From an uncultured Bacteroidales bacterium (lineage in GTDB: Bacteria > Bacteroidota > Bacteroidia > Bacteroidales > UBA1715), in the NCBI GenBank assembly GCA_937892155.1, contig CALAUG010000060.1:3931-67930 (forward strand): a DNA stretch of 64,000 bases. The letters run 5' to 3'. Positions 1-6,620 of this stretch are shown piece by piece. Numbering within the stretch: the stretch's first letter is position 1; the number at the start of each line of letters is the position of its first letter. Made by a program: the position numbers and the translations under genes. The notes under the pieces were generated by a model. The model saw only the letters and a program-made list of their open reading frames with translations. It had not been told where the DNA came from and searched no databases.

Positions 1-431
1 TTGAAACATTCGGCAAACGACCAAGGCTGAATGTTGTTTCTGCCAGTAGAGAGAGAACTCCAGTCGGTATAGCTTGGAGAGAAACGAAGTTCAATTTCTT
101 TTTTGAGCAGATTTAAAAATATTTCATCAGGAATGGTAGAATCCCCATAAAAGACATGACAGGTTAAATCGGATTCATGCCCAGTTCGAAGGTAATCAAT
201 ATAATCAAGAATAACGCCACGGACAGTGCCTTCGCTCATTTCTGGGTGATTGTCCTTCATATCGTTAATTAGGGGCATCAAATCAATGTCGGCATGAAAA
301 GCGACAGCCAGTTCAACAAGTTTTTGTTCAATTGAGAGCGATTCAGATTCGTAACCAAAGTTGTCAAAATACGTACGAATTGATTTGTGCAATTTTGGAT
401 TGCCATCACGGTAATAAGTAGTTGTTTCCAT
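1..431 (-). CDS. hypothetical protein, N-terminal part only (gene runs off the left edge)
   Basis: ATG at 431..429 on the minus strand with an open frame down to base 1 (METTTYYRDGNPKLHKSIRTYFDNFGYESE...). It is absent from the ORF track because there is no stop in the window. No family recognised. Confidence 0.5.
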   Translation of the reverse strand, partial: METTTYYRDGNPKLHKSIRTYFDNFGYESESLSIEQKLVELAVAFHADIDLMPLINDMKDNHPEMSEGTVRGVILDYIDYLRTGHESDLTCHVFYGDSTIPDEIFLNLLKKEIELRFSPSYTDWSSLSTGRNNIQPWSFAECF

Positions 432-518
432 ATCTGTTGTTTTTATTTACAGATACAAAACAAATGTGACACTGGGCAAAAAGTTGGGACAGTATATAAA
501 AACAAAGATTTTTTTTAT

Positions 519-1112
519 TTATATCTCAATTATTCTCGGTGAATATTTGACCTTATAATGATTGTCAACGATAGCACTATTGGAATAGATTGTTTTACCT
601 ATTGTTATCATTCCATATGAGTTGTGATCGTGTCCAAAAAGATGAAGTTTTGGTTTTATAACTTTCAGTCTATCTGACAATTCCGTACTACCGAAATGTA
701 CGCCACATGTACTATCCAAAATATCGTATGGCGGTTGATGAGTAATTAAAACGTCCACATCTTTTGGAATATTGGCAACAACTGCGGGATATTTATCGTA
801 CATAGCGTATTCCATAAACAATGGAACACCCCAGAATTTTATACCATCAATTACAATTCCCTCTTCTCGTAGATAATGAACATCGTCGGGCAGACCGTCT
901 ATGCCACCATCGTATAGGCACATATCGTGGTTTCCAGCAACGGCAATTTTGTGTTTGTATGGCAAATCGCAAAACCATTGAAAAAAATCAAGAACTTCGT
1001 CCTCGCTTCCGCCCATTGAAAAATCTCCCGAATGTACAATAACATCAGCTTCTGGCATATCAACCAATTGTTTGTGAAATCCGTGTGTGTCTGAAATGTG
1101 TAATATCTTCAT
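519..1112 (-). CDS. small calcineurin-like metallophosphoesterase
   Basis: 197 aa with the ordered metallophosphoesterase motifs ISDTHG (DxH), HSGDFS (GD), AGNHDM (GNHD) and FGHDHN (GHxH). Confidence 0.85.
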   Translation of the reverse strand: MKILHISDTHGFHKQLVDMPEADVIVHSGDFSMGGSEDEVLDFFQWFCDLPYKHKIAVAGNHDMCLYDGGIDGLPDDVHYLREEGIVIDGIKFWGVPLFMEYAMYDKYPAVVANIPKDVDVLITHQPPYDILDSTCGVHFGSTELSDRLKVIKPKLHLFGHDHNSYGMITIGKTIYSNSAIVDNHYKVKYSPRIIEI

Positions 1113-1121
1113 AATTAATAT

Positions 1122-1199
1122 CTACTTTATTCTATCTCCGCAAAATTCTTTTCTACCACAGTTTTTGCAATGTGATTGATATTCCCAATATATGTCTAA
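1122..1199 (-). pseudogene. 3-prime remnant of a second PLD/HKD-nuclease gene
   Basis: The minus strand reads ...YWEYQSHCKNCGRKEFCGDRIK-stop. The intact PLD-like gene ends ...LWMGSHCAKCGRKEFCGDRIK-stop. 25 nt are identical (1130-1154 = 2443-2467) with flanking similarity. The HKD-encoding part is missing. Confidence 0.6.
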
Positions 1200-1242
1200 C
1201 ATTCATATCACTTATCTTAGTTTGCTTCCATACTGAAGTTTG

Positions 1243-2283
1243 TTAGTCTGTTTTATACGTACCATTTTTCCCCTTTGCCAACATTTTCACGTTATTAATC
1301 TCTTTCACAAGTTGCTCCGTGGTTGGAAGATAAAGTTTATACTCGCTCGTAAGAATCGTTTGATTATTTTCGGGCAATGCCATTTTTACGACAGTATCGT
1401 TTTTGTCCGTACATAACAATATGCCTATTGAAGGATTTTCATCGGGTAATTTTTCAGTACGGTCGTAGTAGTTCACATACATTTGTAATTGACCTAAATC
1501 CTGATGAGTGAGTTTACCCGTCTTGAGTTCAACAATGACAAAGCATTTTAATAATCGATTATAAAAAACAAGGTCAACAAAGAATTCATCATCTTCCAAA
1601 AGAATGCGTTTTTGCCGTGCAACAAAAGTGAATCCATTGCCCATTTCCAAAAGGAAATCCGTAATATGTGTGATGATAGTACTTTCAAAGTCTTTTTCGT
1701 AATAGGATGGTTTACAATCCAAACCCAAGAATTCCAACACCATAGGGTCTTTTATAATTTCTTGTGGTGTTTCTGGAATCCTTTCCTTGCGTGCCACAGC
1801 AAGTACTGCTTCTTTGTCGTTACTTAACAAAAGCCGTTCATACAATTGGCTGTTGATCTGACGTTCCGTCTCTCGTGCCGTCCATGCATGATTCACCGAT
1901 TCCAACTCGTAATATTCCCGTTTGTCGGGATCATCAATGGAAATCAACAATTTATATTGACTCCAGTTTAATTGCGTCCGCACTGTGGACGCAATTGGGT
2001 AAATTCGATAAAATTGTCTTGCTCGTTCCAGTTGTCGCACGCCAAATCCGCTTCCATATTCGGCTTCCAAATTTTCGGCAAGAGTTCTGACAATATATGC
2101 ACCATAATCGGCTCTATCCTTCCCTTGTTGTTCTTCCTCAAATATCCTTCTGCCTAAGTTCCAATACATTTGTACACGGCAGAAATCAACACTTCGTACA
2201 GCGTTTGCTCGAGCATTTTCAATAATTGTTCGAGCGTCTTCAATCAATGCGTTTTGTGGCATTTTACCATGATTAGTTTTCAT
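1243..2283 (-). CDS. PDDEXK nuclease domain protein, YhcG/DUF1016 family
   Basis: 346 aa. The N-terminal signature (ARANAVRSVDFCRVQMYWNLGRRI...YGAYIVRTLAENLEAEYGSGFGVRQLERARQFYRIYP) and the C-terminal D...ELK nuclease core (FFVDLVFYNRLLKCFVIVELKTGK) are typical of the DUF1016 family. Confidence 0.85.
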   Translation of the reverse strand: MKTNHGKMPQNALIEDARTIIENARANAVRSVDFCRVQMYWNLGRRIFEEEQQGKDRADYGAYIVRTLAENLEAEYGSGFGVRQLERARQFYRIYPIASTVRTQLNWSQYKLLISIDDPDKREYYELESVNHAWTARETERQINSQLYERLLLSNDKEAVLAVARKERIPETPQEIIKDPMVLEFLGLDCKPSYYEKDFESTIITHITDFLLEMGNGFTFVARQKRILLEDDEFFVDLVFYNRLLKCFVIVELKTGKLTHQDLGQLQMYVNYYDRTEKLPDENPSIGILLCTDKNDTVVKMALPENNQTILTSEYKLYLPTTEQLVKEINNVKMLAKGKNGTYKTD

Positions 2284-2434
2284 TTTCTTCGTATTTTATT
2301 TCTCAAAAGTGTGCAATTTTTCGCCTCTTGTGGTCTGAAATGCGAAAAACTTTAAAGATATGCAACTGTATATCTTTTGTGTAAAAATAGGAAAAATCAC
2401 TGATATAGGGAAGAGTATATAGAAGATTATTAGT

Positions 2435-2950
2435 CTATTTAATTCTATCTCCGCAAAATTCTTTTCTTCCACATTTGGCGCAATGCGAGCCCATCCATAG
2501 TGTGTCGAATTGGTTGATAGCAGATTCCACTAATTGAGGATCGTTGGTAAGGATTCCTGCTTCGAAATTTCTTCGCAATGAACTTTTCATTCCGATTCCA
2601 GCTCCTGTAAGATTTGCCGAGCCAATGTATGCAGTTTCTAAATCAAAAATCATCAGTTTAAAATGCACGCGTGGGCAAAGCACTCGTTCCAACGCAGATG
2701 CAAGAATTGGGTATTTATCAAAATCCTCTCGAAAATTCGGTCCTGGTTCTTTTGCGTGAATCAACCGAACGCCAACGCCCCGTTTGAGCAAGCCTGCGAT
2801 TTGTCCCAACAAAGGAATTGTTTCGTTCCCCTGTTTCACATACAAATCTTTTATGTCGGCCGTACCAATCCACAATGTTTCGTGCACCGAAGCAATTCTG
2901 GAAATCACCTCGGTGTAGTGCTGTTCGTTGGAAATATATTGGGTGAACAT
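2435..2950 (-). CDS. phospholipase D-family protein with a single HKD motif (Nuc-like nuclease)
   Basis: 171 aa with HKD motif HFKLMIFDLETAYIGSANLTGAG and a Cys-rich tail CAKCGRKEFCGD. Its start lies 11 nt after the higA stop. Confidence 0.8.
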   Translation of the reverse strand: MFTQYISNEQHYTEVISRIASVHETLWIGTADIKDLYVKQGNETIPLLGQIAGLLKRGVGVRLIHAKEPGPNFREDFDKYPILASALERVLCPRVHFKLMIFDLETAYIGSANLTGAGIGMKSSLRRNFEAGILTNDPQLVESAINQFDTLWMGSHCAKCGRKEFCGDRIK

Positions 2951-2961
2951 TAGAATAAATC

Positions 2962-3327
2962 TTAAACTCCAAGAACAATATTTGCATCAATGTCCATTTC
3001 CTTACAAATTTTTCGTGCAACTTGCAAAGTCGGCTCGCAACGACCATTAAAAATATCACTAATGCGAGAAGTGCTAACGCCCAACAATTTAGCCAAACGC
3101 ACTTGATTAAGCCCCATTTCGTACATACGAAGTTTCATAACATCAACCAATTGCGGTGATTTAATCGGGAAATGTTCATCTTCGTATTCGGCAACCATTT
3201 CCGAAAGCAAATCCAATTCAACAGAATTCTTATCGGTAAGAGGGGTCTCGTCCGTCACCAATGGTAACAGTTCTTCAATACGTGCCATAGTTGCTTCGTA
3301 AGCCTCTTTTGTCTTAATTCTTGTCAT
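2962..3327 (-). CDS. higA: HigA-type antitoxin / XRE-family HTH regulator
   Basis: 121 aa. The C-terminal HTH (MGLNQVRLAKLLGVSTSRISDIFNGRCEPTLQVARKICKEM) sits directly downstream of a HigB-like toxin gene. Confidence 0.8.
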   Translation of the reverse strand: MTRIKTKEAYEATMARIEELLPLVTDETPLTDKNSVELDLLSEMVAEYEDEHFPIKSPQLVDVMKLRMYEMGLNQVRLAKLLGVSTSRISDIFNGRCEPTLQVARKICKEMDIDANIVLGV

Positions 3328-3335
3328 AACACCTC

Positions 3336-3629
3336 CTATATATTTTTTGCATCAATCGTATCGTATTCAGCATGTGTTCCTATAAAACGAATCAACACCA
3401 ATCCAATCGTGAATTTAATCACCACAATCAAACGATAGTTATTCCCTCTTATATTGAACACATAATGTTGATTACCAACGGCATCGACTGTCCGAAAAGT
3501 TTTCTTTATATCATCAAAGCAATACCATTCTGCGTTTGCCGTCTTTTTATACCAGTCTTCCAAAGCGGTTTCCGCATCGGGATGTTTGGTATAATACTCT
3601 ATTATTTTACTGCGTGCTATAATTCTCAT
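3336..3629 (-). CDS. higB: type II toxin-antitoxin system HigB-family toxin (RelE-like mRNA interferase)
   Basis: 97 aa. The sequence MRIIARSKIIEYYTKHPDAETALEDWYKKTANAEW...NNYRLIVVIKF...IRFIGTHAEYD fits the HigB toxin family pattern, and the toxin-first gene order is typical of higBA. Confidence 0.85.
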   Translation of the reverse strand: MRIIARSKIIEYYTKHPDAETALEDWYKKTANAEWYCFDDIKKTFRTVDAVGNQHYVFNIRGNNYRLIVVIKFTIGLVLIRFIGTHAEYDTIDAKNI

Positions 3630-3631
3630 TA

Positions 3632-3656
3632 TGTGTTATTTTGTAACACAAAACTA
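3632..3656 (-). promoter_or_regulatory. higBA promoter -7 box overlapping a palindromic putative HigA operator
   Basis: Perfect inverted repeat TGTGTTA-N5-TAACACA at 3632-3650, immediately upstream of the higB ATG (3629). The minus-strand TAGTTTTG box (3649-3656) matches the Bacteroides TAnnTTTG consensus. Confidence 0.5.
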
Positions 3657-3743
3657 CAAACAAATTTTAATTTTCAAAATTATTTTTTGAAAAACAAAAC
3701 CATATACTGCAATGAATATCAAAAAATGAAAAAAAGATTCATC

Positions 3744-4832
3744 TTAAATTTGATTTAATTTTTCTTTTATCTCTTTTAATTCCACGACAATACCATCCAC
3801 AACCTCACCATTGTATTCTTTGAAAGTTTTTGTTCCCAGCCACACGTCATTGTTCACAATATCATAGCCATACTGTTTTAATATGTTTCTAATTTCATCA
3901 GCATAAGAATAACTATTGGTGGAATATTTCCCCTTGTAATTTTTATGTCTGATGGCAACATAACCAGGTTTTGTGTGAGAAACTGTAAATTCAAGATCAT
4001 TTGTTAATTCATAATGTTCTGATTTATTATTATACATTTTAAAAACATTACGATTTTTAAATGTATCTGCGATTTCTTTATTATTTACAGACATTATTGA
4101 GGCTTTAGATTTTCGATTTTGAAATGCTTCTATATACATGCTTAAAGATCTAACAAAATCATCTTTTGACATTTTTGGGGTTTCCGTCAATAATTTTATA
4201 CCATGAGCTACTAAATCCATTTCTTCATGAGTATAAAGTTTACTAGTATGGGGAATTCCAATCAATAATGTATTATCAACCCATGATCTAAATATTTCAC
4301 CAGGAATCATGCATTCAATAGAGCATGCATAATTTTCACAAATTGTGTTTATAGAATCTTTACCTAAACAGAGCATAATCTTAGGAGACAACGCCCTTAT
4401 GAAGCCTTTAGTTACATTTGCACAATCATCAAAAGCCTTGCGAGGAAGATTTGATATTTTGGGAGTATCTAACCAAACAACATTGGACCACACATACCTT
4501 TTTTCATCATTTATTATGTCCCCCATTTGAACTCTAGAAAGAATAGAATTCAATAGTCTCCACATTCTCCATTTTCTATGGTCTGCATAATAAGGATTTC
4601 CTGAAAGAAAAGTCTCTATATCCACATGACCTTTGTATACTCCACCAGAACCTGGATTTAATCCCATCACCAACAACTCTGGTGTACTTGTAACATTTCG
4701 TAAATTTGATTGTGTATAAAAATTATTTTGATACTTATCCCCCAATTCATTATAGATTTCTAAGGCACCTTTATTTGATTGAGTTCCCAATGCCCACTCT
4801 CTTATTTTTTCCTGAATACTGTTTTCGTTCAT
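3744..4832 (-). CDS. uracil-DNA-glycosylase-fold protein (MUG/TDG-like GLNPG motif) with an extra C-terminal domain of unknown function
   Basis: 362 aa with the UDG-fold elements in order: LLVMGLNPGSGG (aa 53-64, motif A), VWSNVVW (aa 114-120), KIMLCLGKDS (aa 151-160) and LLIGIPHTSKLY (aa 189-200, motif-B-like His). About 130 aa of unassigned C-terminal sequence follow. The start is 5 nt after the upstream stop. Confidence 0.6.
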   Translation of the reverse strand: MNENSIQEKIREWALGTQSNKGALEIYNELGDKYQNNFYTQSNLRNVTSTPELLVMGLNPGSGGVYKGHVDIETFLSGNPYYADHRKWRMWRLLNSILSRVQMGDIINDEKRYVWSNVVWLDTPKISNLPRKAFDDCANVTKGFIRALSPKIMLCLGKDSINTICENYACSIECMIPGEIFRSWVDNTLLIGIPHTSKLYTHEEMDLVAHGIKLLTETPKMSKDDFVRSLSMYIEAFQNRKSKASIMSVNNKEIADTFKNRNVFKMYNNKSEHYELTNDLEFTVSHTKPGYVAIRHKNYKGKYSTNSYSYADEIRNILKQYGYDIVNNDVWLGTKTFKEYNGEVVDGIVVELKEIKEKLNQI

Positions 4833-4837
4833 ATCTT

Positions 4838-5395
4838 TTATTTATAATTTTCAAATATAAAATTATTCTTTATAACAACATAACTGATTCTCGTAGGGAT
4901 AGTTTCTCCATTAAAATAGTTAAAGTAGTTAAACAAAAAGTCCACACACTTTGGAAAACTTGCCCGTATCGTATCCATAATTTGTATTCCTTCTTCCCAA
5001 TCTCCTTGATCTTCAGAATTACGTATGACCACTATCATTCGACAATTTTCTTTCAATAAATTTTCAGGTATGGCATCAATAATGGTTTGTGCCACAGAAT
5101 TCCCTGTTGCGACACCTATAAAATCTGCTTTGTGACATACAGAAGAATCACCAAGAAGGAATCGTTTCACATCTAGATAATCCATATCCACAAGACCTAT
5201 TTTTGTCGCACAATACCATATATCATCTGCTATGATTTTTTTTATAGGATCAGAAATTGCCTCAAAATCATTTTCTCCTAATACGCAAGCAATCATTGGC
5301 TTTAAGGCATTTAAGACCTGATCTTCATTTTTATCTGTTTCACCTTCAATTAAATCCAACCGATTTTCGTGTTCTATTTTGTCCATGGTTTTCAA
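4838..5395 (-). CDS. FtsZ/tubulin C-terminal-domain-like protein lacking the GTP-binding domain
   Basis: 185 aa. GLVDMDYLDVKRFL resembles the FtsZ T7 loop/H8 segment GLMNVDFADVRTVM, GVATGNSVAQTIIDAI resembles GVASGEDRAEEAAEMAI, DTIRASF resembles NTIRAFA, and RISYVVI resembles RVTVVAT (E. coli FtsZ recalled from memory). There is no GGGTG(S/T)G signature. The start may be 5395, 5386 or 5296; the first two overlap the upstream AAA gene. Confidence 0.5.
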   Translation of the reverse strand: MKTMDKIEHENRLDLIEGETDKNEDQVLNALKPMIACVLGENDFEAISDPIKKIIADDIWYCATKIGLVDMDYLDVKRFLLGDSSVCHKADFIGVATGNSVAQTIIDAIPENLLKENCRMIVVIRNSEDQGDWEEGIQIMDTIRASFPKCVDFLFNYFNYFNGETIPTRISYVVIKNNFIFENYK

Positions 5396-6485
5396 TATTA
5401 TAGTTAAAAATTTCGGCTAAAGTCATAGGTTCAAAATCACCATCAACGTGATATTGTTTGTGCATCAACGCAGTTGTTTTTTCCTTGGTAAGTTTACCAA
5501 ATTCGTACTTATCTGTCAAGCGACCTTTACGAAGTAATGCTTTATCAATTCGTTGCACGTTGCTATTGAATGTACAGATGAATTTGAGGTTGAGACTGTC
5601 GCCCAACAAACCGTCTGCCATATTCAAAATATTTACCAAACCCGTATTTACGCAATTATACGAATCGCTGCGATCGACAAGCAACTGCTCGCAATCTTCA
5701 ATTACAACTACAGCATCTTTCAGTTCGTTGCAAATAAATGTTATCATTCGAGGATCGGACATACCCGACGCCATATCAAGAGGTAGATATACAAAATGTT
5801 TATTCGTAACAGAAATTAAGTGTCGGATATATGATGTTTTACCAGTGCCTTGTTCTCCGTGCAAAATCACCAAGCCGTTCTTGTCTGTTTCTAAAAATGA
5901 ACGAATATTCGCATCGACTGGTACAAAATCATCGTTATACAGCAAACTGATATCCATATCAGCGATAGGTTTTATCGCCATATCTTTTAGATAATATCGT
6001 CTATCATCAAAACCAATACATTCAATTTTTGATTTCTGAGTGTGAGACTTTTTACAAAAAATATGGAATGCATTGATGAACGATTCGCACCATTTCTTGC
6101 TTTTTGCATTTTGCAGTTCATACACACACATCACAGCATTGTATTCTAGAAAAACGAATATTTGTTTTTCTGTATTCTCAAAGAAATGATAGGTATTTCC
6201 ATATTGCCATAACTTGTTATTGGATAAAGAAATTTTTCCATCTCCTTCATTTGCATCAGATTCTTCTACCGAATTGATATGTTCGAACCCAGCTTTTTTT
6301 AGTGTATTAAACAGACAAGAAACATCTGCATTATCATCACCTTCAAATTCATAATTGTATTTAAAGCTCGAAGGGATTTTACCATATTGCAAAGCAAATA
6401 ACTTTTGGGCGAAACAATAACAATCTCCATATCTTTCAGATACAAATAGTCGTGTGCTGTTTTCTTTAATTATGTTTTCTTTCAT
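5346..6485 (-). CDS. classical-clade AAA+ ATPase (BCS1-like) with an unassigned ~200-aa N-terminal domain
   Basis: Walker A GEQGTGKTS, Walker B VVVIEDCE (ED as in BCS1), sensor-1 CTFNS, and Arg-finger region DKALLRKGRLTDKYEF. The start is placed at MKENIIKEN (6485); the track start 6533 adds 16 implausible residues. Confidence 0.85.
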   Translation of the reverse strand: MKENIIKENSTRLFVSERYGDCYCFAQKLFALQYGKIPSSFKYNYEFEGDDNADVSCLFNTLKKAGFEHINSVEESDANEGDGKISLSNNKLWQYGNTYHFFENTEKQIFVFLEYNAVMCVYELQNAKSKKWCESFINAFHIFCKKSHTQKSKIECIGFDDRRYYLKDMAIKPIADMDISLLYNDDFVPVDANIRSFLETDKNGLVILHGEQGTGKTSYIRHLISVTNKHFVYLPLDMASGMSDPRMITFICNELKDAVVVIEDCEQLLVDRSDSYNCVNTGLVNILNMADGLLGDSLNLKFICTFNSNVQRIDKALLRKGRLTDKYEFGKLTKEKTTALMHKQYHVDGDFEPMTLAEIFNYNIENHGQNRTRKSVGFN

Positions 6486-6559
6486 TGTATTTACATTTAG
6501 TATTTTCCACAAAAGAAAATATAGCTTAGGCAAAAAACTTGCACAGCAAAATGTTTTTC

Positions 6560-6596
6560 AAAAAAAATCCCCAACCTCGGGAGAGATTTGGGGGAA
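6560..6596 (-). terminator. putative rho-independent terminator after the 260-aa UDG-like gene
   Basis: The minus strand reads CCCCAAATCTC-TCCC-GAGGTTGGGG followed by ATTTTTTTTG, 24 nt downstream of the stop at 6621. Confidence 0.5.
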
Positions 6597-6620
6597 ATTC
6601 CTTTTATGCGAGAAAATCTA

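Noticed and set aside
431-453. Inverted repeat ATCTGT-N11-ACAGAT overlapping the start codon of the left-edge gene
   Set aside because: It is short and AT-rich. It could be chance or a translational element, and there is no supporting evidence.
821-1042. 73-aa plus-strand ORF inside the metallophosphoesterase gene, with analogous short ORFs opposite the DUF1016, PLD and HigB genes (1612-2355, 2544-3059, 3372-3758)
   Set aside because: All are antisense or out-of-frame overlaps of genes with clear family motifs, and none has features of its own.
2354-2377. Inverted repeat AAAGATAT-N8-ATATCTTT between the PLD and DUF1016 genes, considered as a terminator or operator
   Set aside because: The 8-bp stem is almost entirely A/T (one G-C pair) and lacks a clean T-tract. 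It is too weak to call without folding energies or transcript data.
5458-5994. 178-aa plus-strand ORF (and 5553-5786) opposite the AAA+ ATPase gene
   Set aside because: These are antisense shadows. The minus-strand frame carries clear Walker A/B and Arg-finger motifs.
6486-6533. Upstream start (MPKLYFLLWKILNVNT) of the AAA+ ORF, plus similar extensions at 26413, 39995, 42684, 45666, 53460-53492 and 60775
   Set aside because: The extensions are hydrophobic or low-complexity read-through of promoter or upstream-gene sequence. Internal Met starts fit the signal peptides, family N-termini and TAnnTTTG box positions better.
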